Shown: positions 26,177 through 40,425, counted from the first letter of the stretch. The stretch is 64,000 bases of DNA from Chrysomallon squamiferum (GCA_012295275.1 CM022678.1:5952001-6016000); one strand, 5' to 3'. Notes: a model not told the origin generated them from the sequence alone. Program-made: numbers and translations.

Positions 26177-27934
26177 CCCAATAAAGATCAAGTTTGATCA
26201 GAGTGTAAAGATATTTCACAGATGGCCCATGTGATGTGATTACGGTTATCAGAAGAAGAATTAGTTCTTTCATGGCACTGTTTTTGAAACAGCAGAGCAC
26301 CATTAACGAGGTTTTTTTTTTTCTTCATCAGACATAATTGATCTTTTTGAGACTTACATGACGCAATTCTGCCTGTTCTGGCATCATGGTGCCAAATAAT
26401 TATTATTATTATTATTATTTTTATTTTTATTATTATTATTTAAATTTAAAACAAAATATTTTTTTTTTTTTTTTTTTTTTAATTTTTGTATAGAGAGTAA
26501 AAAAATGATGTTTTATTAGCGTCGATTTTTAAAAACTTTACGACAGTTTTAACATTTAATTTGTTAACTCTCTTTCATTCATAATATTATTTCAGAACTT
26601 GTAATTATTATTTTTTTTTCCTAATTTTTATCAAGAAACAGAAACCTTCGTCATAATCGCTGTGTGTCCAGGTGTTTGGTTACTGTTTCAGATTAGCCAG
26701 AAAACAGACTTTTTTCATCGCCAACAGTGTTGCTTTTCTAAGAAACAGATGCGTATCATAGGCACACATCTCAATGGTTATTGTGTAGTAACGGTTAATG
26801 AATTTAATTATGTATCCTTTTCATAATTAGATTTATTTCTTCTCACTGAAGTAAGCTGAAAAGTTGGTTATAGTTATTGTTTTTCTGTATAATAATAATG
26901 TGACTGTTTTCAAACTTTAGAAGCAGTAAATGAATGTGTAAGGACACCATAGGTATTTGTAATGTTTGCTTGTGTTTGTGTGTGTTTTGATGTGTTGGTG
27001 TGTGTGTGTGTGTGTGTTGGTGTTTGTGTTGGTGGTGGTGTGTGTGTGATTTTGTTTGGATATATACGTATTTTGATGCATGCATATTGGTCTATGTGTG
27101 TTGGTGTGTGTATATTTAGTGTAGACATATGTCTGTTTATGTGCATGGTGTGTATATTATATATGTATGTAAGTGTGTATGTGTGTGTGTCTGTAGTATC
27201 ATGTATTATCATCACATGCTTTGATATTCTGAACTTGAACTGTATTGCGTCCAGTGTATTTTCAACAACAAAAAATTGAAAAAAAAATTACACTTAAAAC
27301 ATTACCATTTATCGCAACAGAATGGCATAGGATTACAGAAGTAAATACAAAAACATTTTGATTATTTGGATTTTTGGGGGCTGGGTTTTAGTCCTGCTGC
27401 TCTTATTGGATTTTTGTGGCTGAGGGTATTTTCAGTACCCACTTGTTTTGGTCTGTCTTCATTTATAGCCTTTGAATTGCCAGCTTCGTACCATTGATCT
27501 GTATTCACTGAAACCGTGAATCAGTTGACACAATCCTTTTAAACTCCTGACATCTGTAGAAGGTGCATTGTAGAAGGTTAGGAAGAAGTCGAGTTGACTT
27601 TCCTGGCCTTTTAAGAATGTCCTGGTATTTTGCTTTTATTCGCCGCAGATTCTTTGTTGTCACGGCAACTGGAATCAAAGAGGCACTCTGTGTAATTAGG
27701 CGCTAATAACTGCAGTGGAAACGCTCCTGTTGAAAGCCGATGATGGGTTTGTGAACCCCCCCGGTCATCAGTGGAATTAGAGTGGACGTGTGGTCAGTGG
27801 TCTGAATGCAGAGTCTGGTGTGTTGAAAGCAGCTGCAGGCAGAGGTTTGAGTGGTTAAGAGTGGTCAGTGTGGTCAGTGTTTGATTTTTTTTGTTAAGAG
27901 TGGACAACATGGCCAGTGCTCTTTTGTTAGTAGT

Positions 27935-28745
27935 GAGAGAGTAGTTAATGTTTTGTTAGTAATGAGAGTAGTTAATGTTTTGTTAGTAGTCAGAGTAGTT
28001 AATGTTTTGTTGGTGGTCAGAGTAGTTAATGTTTTATTGGTAGTCAGAGTAGTTAATGTTTTGTTAATAGTCAGAGTAGTTAATGTTTTGTTGGTAGTCA
28101 GAGTAGTTAATGTTTTGTTGGTGGTCAGAGTAGTTAATGTTTTGTTAGTACGCAGAGTAGTTAATGTTTTGTTAGTAGTCAGAGTAGTTAATGTTTTGTT
28201 GGTTGTCAGAGTAGTTAATGTTTTGTTAGTACATGAGAGTAGTTAATGTTTTGTTGGTAATCAGAGTAGTTAATGTTTTGTTGGTAATCAGAGTAGTTAA
28301 TGTTTTGTTGGTAATCAGAGTAGTTAATGTTTTGTTGGTAGTCAGAGTAGTTAATGTTTTGTTGGTAGTCAGAGTAGTTAATGTTTTGTTTGTAGTCAGA
28401 GTAGTTAATGTTTTGTTGGTAGTCAGAATAGTTAATGTTTTGTTGGTGGTCAGAATAGTTAATGTTTTGTTGGTGGTCAGAATAGTTAATGTTTTGTTAG
28501 TACTCAGAGTAGTTTATGTTTTGTTGGTAGTCAGAATAGTTAATGTTTTGTTGGTAGTCAGAATAGTTAATGTTTTGTTGGTAGTCAGAATAGTTAATGT
28601 TTTGTTGGTAGTCAGAGTAGTTAATGTTTTGTTAGTACTCAGAATAGTTAATGTTTTGTTAGTACTCAGAGTAGTTAATGTTTTGTTAGTACTCAGAGTA
28701 GTTAATGTTTTGTTAGTACTCAGAGTAGTTAATGTTTTGTTGGTT
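27935..28745. repeat. 27-bp minisatellite, about 30 copies
   Basis: Unit agagtagttaatgttttgttggtagtc. It generates the spurious VVNVLLVVR ORFs. Confidence 0.96.
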
Positions 28746-29258
28746 TCAACAGTCAGTCTTGTTTTTTTTTTTTTTGTTATAGCAATCAGAATGGTCAGAG
28801 TTTGGTCTTGGTAGGATACTCAGTCCTGTTGTTGTTGTTGTTGTTGTTAAAGAGGTTTTTTTACAATCAATGTTAGTATGGTCAGGCTTCTTTTCTTTTT
28901 TAATATATCACAGAGTGGGAAATCCTGATCAATATTTTTTGGTTTTCTTACTGGATTTTTTTTATCTATTAAAGAGAAGCACCTGATCAATATTAATATT
29001 TTGTTTTAGGTTAGACTCACCTGGATAGCACTGTTTTTTGGTAGTTAGAATGGTCATCATGATCTGTCATTTTTTGTTGATGTTTTGTTATCTGTGGGTG
29101 GGGTGGGGGTGGGGGTGATCCTCGTACAATCTCTCCAATACTTCTTCATACCAACAACGCTTCTTTTTACTGTTATAATTTCAGAACTGTTTTTTTTTGT
29201 TTTTGTTTGACTTATGGCTATGTGAATGCAGTGTTGTTGTTGTTGTTGTTAATTTCAG

Positions 29259-29423
29259 ACTTGCCCAAGTCGGTGCTGCGCCTGCTGAAGAACTCGGTGT
29301 TCATCGTTCTGTGCGTTGCCGTCTGCTGCGAGATTTCCATCGTCAGCGGCTTCGTCGTCTTCCTGCCCAAGTACATCGAGACTCAGTTTGGCACGTCGAC
29401 GTCGGTCGCCAACCTCTTCACAG
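29259..29423 (+). CDS. OATP exon 3 (DLPKSVLRLLKN...FLPKYIETQFG)
   Basis: Conserved FLPKY(I/L)ExQF motif. tttcag/GTGAGT boundaries, phase 1-1. Confidence 0.95.
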
Positions 29424-29429
29424 GTGAGT

Positions 29430-29805
<376 letters not shown>

Positions 29806-30171
29806 GAGAGAGGGAGGGAGGGAGAGGGGGAGAGAGAGAGATATGGACGGACAGACAGACGGAGAGAGAGAGAAAGAAGGAAACAGGAGAGAGAGACAGT
29901 CAGACAGAGATAGACAGATGGAGAGAGAGAGAGAGACAGACAGAGAGAGATAACACATTTATATCATTTTGCATTATATTATCTAACACAAATTGTAAGA
30001 AGTGTTTATACATATATCTTACTCATATAACAGTCACACACACACATATACACAGCTCAAAACACAAAAACATATAAACACAGAAATACACACACATACA
30101 CACAGATTTCCAAACTTACATGCAGAGATGCAGAGCCATTTAACAGACAACACACATGTACATATTTTCAG

Positions 30172-30252
30172 GGGGTATTGGAATTCCTGGCGCTATAGTT
30201 GGTATTCTGATCGGAGGTTACCTAACAAAGAGGTTACAACTGCAGTCCAAAG
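30172..30252 (+). CDS. OATP exon 4 (GIGIPGAIVGILIGGYLTKRL)
   Basis: Transmembrane helix with GxxxGGxxxKR. AG/GT-bounded, phase 1-1. Confidence 0.92.
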
Positions 30253-30605
30253 GTCAGTTAAATATATATATATATAATTTTTTTTAAATATTTATTTGTT
30301 TATGTTTCGATTGATTTTATAAATTTATTCCTTTGCTTTATACAAGCTGTTATATTGTAAACTGACTTTCATTTTATTAATTCATACCTTTGTTTCATAA
30401 ACTGATTTTTTTATTCTTTCAAATTGATTCTTCACTTACATGCCTATTTTCAATATACATCAGTTACGTTACTTTTTCGTTATTATCATTGATTCGGTAT
30501 GCAACTTACTGTTTGTATTACACGATTTTATAACTGAATGACTGATTTTTCAGTCAACCGTGCACTTGATTCTTTTTACACCTCAGTGATTCGTTTTCTT
30601 GACAG

Positions 30606-30723
30606 GAGCTCTTCAGCTGATTCTTCTTCTGAACGGTCTCGCGCTTGGAGGTTATACGTTTTTCTTCTTCCTTGGTTGTGATAATCTGAAAATTGCAGGA
30701 GCCACATTCCCATACTTCAACAG
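30606..30723 (+). CDS. OATP exon 5 (…FFFLGCDNLKIAGATFPY)
   Basis: Conserved GCxNxxxAG motif. cag/GTGAGT boundaries, phase 1 to 2. Confidence 0.92.
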
Positions 30724-31414
30724 GTGAGTAAATTTAGTGTTTTATTGAAGTATGTATGTGTGTCTGAGCATTTGAGGAGGAAGAAGAAGAAGAAGAAGGC
30801 AAAGAAGAAGTTTATTAAATTGTGCAGTTCCGTTTTTTGTTTTTAAACGCAGTTCATTTGAATAGAGTAGTAAAAGAAATCTTGTCGTTGGTAGTTCATA
30901 AAAATGATGCTTGGCGTGGAGTTGGCAGATTTTTTAAAGTGTGTTTGATTTAAAGATTGTTCATTTAAAAGCAGTGTTTTGTGTTCATAAAAGAAATCTT
31001 GTAGTTTTCTTTGTAAAAAATAACCCTTTATATTTGATATCAGCAGATTTCTTGTTTAAAATTTTTATGTTTCCTATTGATTTATTTTTTTTTTACTTTA
31101 AAATCATTTAATTAATTTTTGATTTACATATTTTAAATATAAATAAATAAATGGACATGAATAATATAGTTAAAGCTATTTTTTTTTCAATTTGTGTAAG
31201 AAAAAAAAAATACAGCATTCTTTGTTTTTATACTGATTTATTATTTTAGTTTATAGAATAATTCATTTATAATAAATATTACTTCATTTTTGACACCAAA
31301 CTTACAAACTGTGTATATGAATAAATTATCTATTAACATATTTTTTTTTATACTTCCAACTTTTTTTTTTTTTTTTTTTCCATTTTCACTCTCAAAACTT
31401 TTTACATTTTGTAG

Positions 31415-31598
31415 TTCTGGACACAAGATCTTTGAGGCTAACCTCACCTCATCGTGCAACCAAGACTGTGCCTGTTCATCCAACTACATTGAGCCCATCT
31501 GCGGCATCAACGGCATCACCTACTTCTCCCCGTGTCATGCCGGCTGCACTGGTTTGAACCGATTTTATGAAACCGATAATGAAAATAAAAGATCGTTT
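31415..31598 (+). CDS. OATP exon 6, Kazal-like extracellular loop (CNQDCAC...PICGINGITYFSPCHAGC)
   Basis: Canonical OATP Kazal-type cysteine pattern. Phase 2 to 0, GTAAGT donor. Confidence 0.95.
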
Positions 31599-32040
31599 GT
31601 AAGTAAAGTTGCTAATTGAAATTTTTTAACCGTACGTTTTTTGGTTTTTTTTTGTATGAATAGGTACGTTATTGGAGGTTAATTGATTGATTTCTTTATT
31701 GATATGTTTGTTTTGTTTATTTATTTATTTGTTTATTTTACGTTTGTAAGTAAAGTCTGTAATTGAAATTTTTTAACCATACATTTAGTTTTTTGTATGA
31801 ATAGGTACGTTATTGGAGGTTAATTGTTTGATTTCTTTATTGATATGTTTTTTTGTTTGTTTGTTTGTTTATTTATTTATTTTTTTATTTTACATTTGTA
31901 AGTAAAGTCTGTAATTGAAATTTTTTAACCATACATTTAGTTTTTTGTATGAATAGGTACGTTATTGGAGGTTAATTGTTTGATTTCTTTATTGATATGT
32001 TTTTTTGTTTGTTTGTTTGTTTGTTTATTTATTTATTTTT
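31596..32040. repeat. ~150-bp tandem triplication that includes the exon 6 donor site
   Basis: tttGTAAGTaaagt...aattgaaattttttaacc...gaataggtacgttattggaggttaattg occurs three times, with GT at 31599, 31746 and 31898. Confidence 0.88.
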
Positions 32041-32501
32041 TTATTTTCTTTGTTTATTTATTTTCTTTATTTATTTATTTATTTATTTGCTAATATATAT
32101 TTGGATATTTGTCAGTTTAGTTATTTATGTTTATTTTCTTATTTTTATTTTAGTTAGTTATTTTATTATTCAGATATGTTTATTTATTTATAGTTTATGT
32201 ATTTAATTGTTTATGATGTTATGTATTATATAGTTTTAGCCTTTTTTCAATGAAAAAGGGGGGTAAAAAAATGCAAATCAATAAATCATAAATGATAATA
32301 ATAATATATAAATAAGCAATAATAATAATAATAAATAAAAACATTGAACTGTACAGCAATAAGCTGATTTCCATCAAACCTGAAACCCAAAATATTGTAA
32401 CTATAAATGAAAATAAATAAAGTGTTATTTTGAAATAAATTTGTCTAATTTTAGAGATTTTGTTACTTTCACAGACATTTTAAATTATGGATATCTTGGT
32501 A

Positions 32502-32532
<31 letters not shown>

Positions 32533-34047
32533 GAAAGAAAGAAAACATTTTGTTTTTTAAACTAGTTCACCATATTTGCATTTAATTTTGAGGTTTCACA
32601 ATTTCTCTCTCTATACTGTTCAATAAATTGTTTGTATTAATCACATTTTTTAATTGAATATTCACATTAATCTTGTAAGATATATAATTTATCATTAAAC
32701 ATTTTTGAACGTTATAAAGTTATTTACATACAATTTTTTTTATCAGTTTTAATCACCATTCAATTTCCATTAGAAACCACATGGTGGAAAATACAACTAC
32801 CAAAACCTTCTGTAGAAACTGATTATAATAATCAGCACATAAAAAATAAAATAAAAATCATATCCACACAAAAAAAAAAATTCATCTGACACACCTTATT
32901 TTTAAAACCACTGAAAACTAACTAATGCCATACTGATGACCAAATGCATATTAGAAAGTTAATAAGCATAAAAAAAAATTAATTAAAAAATCAAAATAAA
33001 ATTAAATAAATAAACTGCTTCTTGCAAAATGGAATCTTGAAAACACCAATATAAATAACAACTTGATTATCTCCGTGCAAAATAGATATTTAAATAAACG
33101 CAGAAAATATCGACTTGAGTACCTGTGATGTAATTATAACCACTGAAATTTGACAAATGGTGGAAAAGAAATTTAATAACCATAGAAAATATAAACAGTT
33201 AAAAAAAAAGCTTAATAAGTATTGAGCAAAATGGGAACAAGTAAAAGCTAAAATTGAAACTTATAACTGTAGTGTAAAAATATAAACGTTGATTACAATT
33301 GCATATAACAGAAAGATGATAACCATTGTTCAAGATACAAACTTCAAGATATAACAGCTTAAAAAGAACTTCTTGAAAAATAGACTTGATAATTGGTAGA
33401 ATATAAATTAATAAAACATTGTGCCCAAATACAAAGTTGATATTCAGTGTGCAAAATGGAGATTTGCAGCAAAATGTAAACTTCGTTGCTAGTATGCAGA
33501 ATATTAAATTTGATAATAAATGTGTAAAATGTTTAAATCTTGTAAGCACACTACAATAAACACTTGATATTCACTGTCACTTTCATAATCACTGTTAAAT
33601 AGATTTAATAACGGGTGCAAAATGAAATATTAATAATTATGAAAAATAAAAACTTTATTCAGAGTAACTTTGATGTCAAATGAAAATTTAAGCACTGACT
33701 GTTCATCCAACTATAATGAACCTATCTGCAGCTTCGGTGGAACAGAAAAGAGAAAACAATTTTTTGTCTCAAAAAGTATAAATAGTATCATTTCTTACAT
33801 TGTAACATGATTATTATGATAAAATGTTGTATAAAATACAGTAATTACTATGAATGGACAAATATTTGTAGTTCATTTTCAATGGCAGCAGTTTTCACCA
33901 CTGATGTTGTGACAGGTTTTGAAAAATCACTATAAATGTTTCTCACCCATTTCATACCAACACTGCATGCCATGTTTTTTTTTTTTTTTTTTTGTGATTT
34001 ATCTAAATGTTTATATTTTTAAAGGTTATTGCTATATGTTTGAAATT

Positions 34048-34124
<77 letters not shown>

Positions 34125-34152
34125 ATGTGCACATGAGCAAACAAAAGAGAAT

Positions 34153-34193
<41 letters not shown>

Positions 34194-34436
34194 TGTGATA
34201 GATATAGAGATCAAAAAGACACAAAGAGAAATAGTATGAGAAGGTGAGAGAGAGAGATTTATATGTTTTTCCATCCATCCTGTATAAATATCACACCTGA
34301 CTACTTTTTATTAAAATTCCTAAAAATCACATCGGAATAGAAAAAACACACACAAAAAAAATATTACCAAAAATGATCCTTTAAAAAAAACAAACAACAA
34401 ACAAATCTTTTAAAAATAATTTCATCGTCTTTTCAG

Positions 34437-34630
34437 AACTACAGCGGCTGTTCGTGCATTGCCAGCCACCCTTCCATTGCCGTCAACCATGAGGTGGTCA
34501 TATCGCCCCTGGCAACCAGCGGGCCATGCAAGACGACCTGTGAGAGGATGCTGCCGTTCCTTATACTGCTCGTTGTCATGACGTTCTGCTGCGCCGGCAC
34601 GCAGATGCCAATTTTAATGGTGACCCTCAG
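34437..34630 (+). CDS. OATP exon 7 (NYSGCSCI...ATSGPC...LMVTLR)
   Basis: Conserved YxxCSCI and GxC motifs plus a transmembrane segment. Phase 0 to 2. Confidence 0.94.
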
Positions 34631-35188
34631 GTTCGTTTCATTTTTGTTATTTATTTTATTTATTTATTTATTTATTATTTATTGTTGTTGTTGTTGTTGT
34701 TGGTGTTGGTGGTGGTGGTGGTGGTGGTGGTGGTGGTGGTGGTTGTTGGTTGATGGTTGTTGTTGTTGTTGTCCAAAAAGAATCACTTTCAGTCAATTGA
34801 TTTAATGTGGTGGTCACGTTTGAGGTTTATTTTTTGTTTTAATTAATTAATTTATTATCATTATTAGTAGTATTATATTTATTATTATTATTAATATCAG
34901 CATTAGTATTTATATTTATTATTATTAATAGTAGTAGTATTAGTATTATATTTTTGATTATTATTATTATTGTTATTGTTATTATTATTATTGTTATTAT
35001 TATTTTTAGTATTATATTTATTACTATTATTATTATTAGTATTATATTTTTGATTATTATTGTTGTTGTTGTTGTTATTAGTATTTTCTTCTTCCAATAG
35101 TGTCACTTTTGATCAAGTTATTTTTAATGATGTGTTGATTCCCATGTTAAGTCTAATGTCACATTTGATGTTCATTTTATTATTAATA

Positions 35189-35219
<31 letters not shown>

Positions 35220-35359
35220 TATTATTATTGTTGTTGTTATTATTTGGTTCTTGCACAAGAATCACTTTTGATCAGTTCCTTTTAATGTTTGGATGTTAAA
35301 ATGTTGCTGTGTTTGAGTGAATATCGCTGATAATAAATTTGTGTTTGAGAATATCATTA

Positions 35360-35680
35360 TAATTTGACAAAGGGTTATTCCTACTAGATTTTGAGTTCTT
35401 GTAGGAGTGACACATCTGTAATTTTTGTTCATAGTGTCATTTTAGCTTGTCATAGGGTTATTCCTTGTAGTTTAATTTTGAGTTCTTGTAGGAGTGAAAT
35501 ATCTGTAGTATTTTTGTTCATAGTGTCATTTTAGCTTGTCATAGGGTTATTCCTTCTAGTTTAATTTTGAGTTCTTGTAGGAGTGACACATCTGTAGTTT
35601 TTATTATTTTTTTCACAGTGGGATTGTAACTTGTCATAGAGTTATTCCTACTAGGTAAATATTGAACTTTTGTAAGAGTA
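35360..35680. repeat. Degenerate ~80-bp tandem repeat, about 4 copies
   Basis: agggttattcc...ttttgagttcttgtaggagtga...atctgta recurs. Confidence 0.75.
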
Positions 35681-36931
35681 ATCCAGGTGTATAATTTTTG
35701 TTTGAAAATATGTAATTTAATAATAAGGGTTGAGTTCTTGTTGAAGCATACCCATAAAATCAGATAAATATTAGAAAAATGAAATTTTGACAGCAACAAA
35801 ATACAGATTAAACTAACCTGCAAGCTGATATATTGTTTTATTACTGGAAATGGTGTATTATAATCAACCTTTTCTGTGCCTAAATAAATTTCTTGGTATT
35901 ATTTCAATGATATATTAATTACCCACCAAAAAAAAAAAAGAAATCATATTTTCTGCTTCACAGCTGATACGAGTTTTTGGAGGGGAGAGGGGTCCCTAGG
36001 GGGTGTGTCCATTTCTTGCAGCATAACAAGAAGATTGTTTTATGGGGGTGAATCTGCATTCCAGAGTTTAACAGTAATAAAATTTTGAGAGTGGATATAT
36101 CTGCATTTCAAGGAAAGAGTTGAGTAGATTTTTTTATTTCGTGTATAGTTTTCACTCGAGGCAGTATCAGTGAGGAATTTCTTGAATGAACTCATTAATA
36201 CTGTTTACAGCCGAAGTCCATTGCTTTATGATTGATCTGAGGAGCCCGTGGCAATGAAGAGCCTCTCAGGGGAAGTAACCCCGTAGATCGAGCGAGGGAT
36301 TACAGATAAACAGGGTCAATTCCCGATCAGTTGTACAATGACTGGGGTCACGTTTTAAAAAGTTCAGTTTTGGTTTATTTTTGGAGTCTGATGTGTGTTC
36401 ACGTGTTTTTGTTTTTATTTGTTTAAAATGCTGTTTAATTTCAGGTTTACTGATTGATATGGGGTTCATTGTTGATAAACTGAATTTAATGTAGTTTAGG
36501 TTTTTTTAGAAGTAGAGTTAGTTTTTTATTTTTTATTTAAGAGTTAAAGTTTCAGGTTATATTTTTAGTTTATATTTACATATGTAATATGTGTGTGTGT
36601 GTGTCTGTGTGCATAAGTGTGTATATGTGTGTGTTTTATGTGATACATGTGTATATATATATGTATATTATATCTGTGTGTGTGTGTGTGTGTGCACAAT
36701 AATTGGTTTTTGGGGTGTTTTTTTAGATATGATAAACTACAAACTGTGATAAACATTTATTCTGATGAAACTTTGTACTGAATATTGTAGTGTGTGTGTG
36801 TGCCTGTCTGTCTGTCTGTCTGTATGTATGTATTTATTTGTATGCGTGTGAATAATTTTTTTTTTTATTTTTAAATATGAAACTGTACAATGATAAACAT
36901 TTATTCTGATGAAACTTTGTACTGTATTGTA

Positions 36932-36966
<35 letters not shown>

Positions 36967-37354
36967 TCACATCAGTATTTGTCAGAAATGTATATATTTA
37001 TATTCATCGAACATTGCCATGTTTTGATGTTCTGTGTGTAACATAAAAACTTGATGATGTTTTCTTCAGAAGAGAAATTTGATAAGCGACAAGGGAAAAC
37101 ACTGAGAAATTTATCAATACCAAGTTTTGTTTGCATAAGAAGGAGAAGATAAAGATTACTGTTGTCTAGGAGAAATTTCTATTTTATTATTTATTGTTTT
37201 TTTTATTTTTATTACTGGTGCTGTTGTTATTGTTGTTGTGAATAGTAATACTAGTAGTAGTAGTAGTGTTATTATTATTTATATTATTTCTTTTACTATT
37301 ATTTCTATTTTTCTTGTTGTTACTTTGTTGTTGTTGTTGTTGGTTGTGGTTGTG

Positions 37355-37402
<48 letters not shown>

Positions 37403-37582
37403 AAAGGTTGACACTTATTAAGAAGAGATTTACAAAACTGAGAAAGCATGTTTCTAATATGCTTACGTACTTGAATTCACATTTGTGTTTAATGAAGATG
37501 ATGAACCCAATCTTCTCTTTAGTGGATCTTATATTTTCTTTTCTTTTCTTTCTTTTTATTTATGTATTTTATTTATTTATTA

Positions 37583-37616
<34 letters not shown>

Positions 37617-37641
37617 GTATTATTTATTATTATTATTATTA

Positions 37642-37678
<37 letters not shown>

Positions 37679-37997
37679 TTAGTTTATTTTCTGTATTCTT
37701 TTTTAATTTTTTTCACCACTCTCATCAAAGATATTTTTGCAGCAGTCAATACTGCCTGAAAACAACCGCCATTTTGTTTTTGATCTTCAGCATGCTTTCA
37801 TCTTTTTTATTCTATATGATATTTCAGTCATTTTGATTTTTTATTATTTCTTCTTCTTTTTCTTTCTTTTTTGTTTCACTTTTATTTTATTTTTATTTTA
37901 TTCGCGATGAAATGAAAAGATAAATAACCGAGAATTTAATTTTAAATTTATTATTAAAGAAAATTAAAAAAAAAAAAAAAAAATTTTCTAATTTCAG

Positions 37998-38062
37998 GTC
38001 TGTATCTCAAGAAGAGAGGGCATTTGCTTTAGGCATGCAGTTTGTTATTCTGAGGTTGTTTG
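37998..38062 (+). CDS. OATP exon 8 (SVSQEERAFALGMQFVILRLF)
   Basis: Conserved FALGxQ...R motif. tttcag/GTAAGT boundaries, phase 2 to 1. Confidence 0.94.
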
Positions 38063-38646
38063 GTAAGTAACAATATTAAAATACTTTATACAGTGTGTGT
38101 ATATGTGTTTTTTTTGTGTTTGGTTATTATCAGTCTTTCTAATTTTAATTAATTAAATAATTAATTTATAATTTTTTTCACTCTGCCACAGTTAAATGTT
38201 TTATATTCCTTTAAAAAAAAAACCTGTTGTTTACATTTCTCAATCTGTTTAATAATTAATGATGTTCTTTTCTTTGTCTTTGTTCTTTTCTTTCTCTTTT
38301 ACCTCTACTACTACTACTACTACTATTTCTGCTACCACTGCTACTATGCCTACTAGTATTATTATTACTATTAATACTACTACTACTACCACTACTGCTA
38401 TTATTAATACTGCTATGACTACCATCACTTGTATTATTACTAATATTAATGCTACCATTCCTTACTACTACTACAATTACTGCTACTCCAGCTACTACTA
38501 CTGCTACTGTCATCACAACACCATCAACAACAACTGCTTCTACCACTACAATTACTTTCCTGTTAGTATTACTACTACTACTACTACTACTACTAGTACT
38601 ACTATTACAACTACTACCACTGCTACTACTACTACTACTACTACTC

Positions 38647-38677
<31 letters not shown>

Positions 38678-38793
38678 TACTTCTACTACCAAGATACCAT
38701 CACCACCACCACCACCATCACTACTACTACTACTACTACTACAACACCAGCTACTGACATTAAATTAACTGAACTGCCTGCCTCTGTTTTCAG

Positions 38794-38922
38794 GTTATAT
38801 TCCAGCGCCTATAATGTTCGGCAAGGTCATAGACACTTCATGTATTCTCTGGAAGAGAAGATGCAAAAATGTCGGATCTTGTCTCTTGTACGATATTGTC
38901 GAGTTTAGATATAAATATGTCG
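38794..38922 (+). CDS. OATP exon 9 (YIPAPIMFGKVIDTSCILW...GSCLLYD)
   Basis: Conserved IPxPIxFGxxIDxxCxxW and GxCxxYD motifs. Phase 1-1. Confidence 0.95.
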
Positions 38923-38941
38923 GTAAGTATAAGAAATGATA

Positions 38942-38972
<31 letters not shown>

Positions 38973-39193
38973 CTAAATTTATAACTGATAAAGATTTAAT
39001 AACCAGTTTCAACAGTGAAGAAGAAATTATGATAGTCAAAAAAAAAAAAAAAAAAAATAAAAATAAAATAATAATAATAAGACGACATAAGAAAAATAAA
39101 CAGATATGTTTAAAATGATTTATGTAAACATACATAAATTTTTTGGAGTTTAAAATGTAGACACTAGTCTGCTTATCTGTTTGTCTATGTATA

Positions 39194-39245
<52 letters not shown>

Positions 39246-39423
39246 AGTATGTGTTGAGGCTGTGTGTGTGTGTGTGTGTGTATGTATGTGAGTGTGTGTG
39301 TCTGTGTATCAGTGTGTGTATCTATCATACCTATGCATTTGTCTAGCTATCTAGACATTTATTTATTTATTTTTCATTTATTTATTTATTATTATTTATT
39401 TATTATTTTTTGTTGTTGTTCAG

Positions 39424-39521
39424 GTGTTGCAGCTGGGCTTAAGTTGATAGGTTTGATTCTGTTCTTTGCAACCTGGGTGTTCATACGAAGAAGAAACCAG
39501 ACAGAAAATCGAGAGTTCATC
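39424..39521 (+). CDS. OATP exon 10 (last transmembrane helix)
   Basis: VAAGLKLIGLILFFATWVFIRRR. ttcag/GTAAGC boundaries, phase 1 to 0. Confidence 0.88.
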
Positions 39522-39559
39522 GTAAGCAGAGATTTATTTATTTATTTATTTATTTAATT

Positions 39560-39915
39560 TATTTATTGTAAAATTTCCTTTTAATTTTTCATTATTTCCA
39601 GCTTAAATTTAAGACTATTTATTTATTTTTTTTGTAAAATTTCCTTTTAATTTTCATTATTTTAAGTTTAATTTAAGACATTTGTTTAATTATATTTGTT
39701 AAATTTCCTCCCTATTTCATTATGTCAAGCTTAAATTTGAGACATTTATTTATTTATTTAGTTGTTAGATTTCTTTTTGATTTTCATTATTCAAGCTTAA
39801 ATATTAAGACATATCTGTTTCTTCAATGTAAAATTTCCTTTTTGATTTTCATTATTTCAAGTTTAATTTAAGACATTGTTTATTTATTTTGGTTAAATTT
39901 ACTCCTAATTTTCAT

Positions 39916-39920
<5 letters not shown>
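39560..39920. repeat. Degenerate ~57-60-bp tandem repeat, about 6 copies
   Basis: aaatttccttttaattttcattatttcaagcttaaatttaagaca recurs. Confidence 0.75.
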
Positions 39921-39967
<47 letters not shown>

Positions 39968-40191
39968 AATTAAAAAGAAAGACATACCAAAGAATTTTAA
40001 TGTAAAATATATATTTATATATGTGTATATACATGATATACACATATATACATACATATATATATATATATATATTTTTTTTTAATCTTTTCAGAATAAC
40101 CTTATATTTTCATCATAATCGTATATTTTTAATAACTTCATATATTATAAATTGTAATAATTTTTTTTTTTTTTTTTTTTTTGTCCCCTAG

Positions 40192-40383
40192 GTTCGAGAC
40201 CTGAGTCCAGTTGCATCTCTCGACAAATTAAACTTCATACACACAGCTACCACAACAACGTCCCTGCAAACAGAGACGGACCAGGAAGAGGCGGGGGAGG
40301 TGGGGGAAGGGGACACAGCTATTGATGTGATGATTCAGCCGAAAGGGAACAGTCTGTTTACGTGTAAGGAATCTTATTTATGA
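40192..40383 (+). CDS. OATP terminal exon 11 (cytoplasmic tail ending KESYL*)
   Basis: Long polypyrimidine tract plus tag acceptor, then an open 64-codon frame to TGA at 40381-40383. Phase is consistent with exon 10. Confidence 0.8.
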   Translation, partial: VRDLSPVASLDKLNFIHTATTTTSLQTETDQEEAGEVGEGDTAIDVMIQPKGNSLFTCKESYL

Positions 40384-40425
40384 TAAATCAGGGACCAGTT
40401 CTTATTTTTTTTTTTTTTTTTAAAT

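Noticed and set aside
27851-28814. ORFs encoding (VVNVLLVVR)n
   Set aside because: Translation of a 27-bp intronic minisatellite, with no splice or start context.
38249-38768. Thr-rich mucin-like ORF
   Set aside because: (ACT)n microsatellite inside OATP intron 8.
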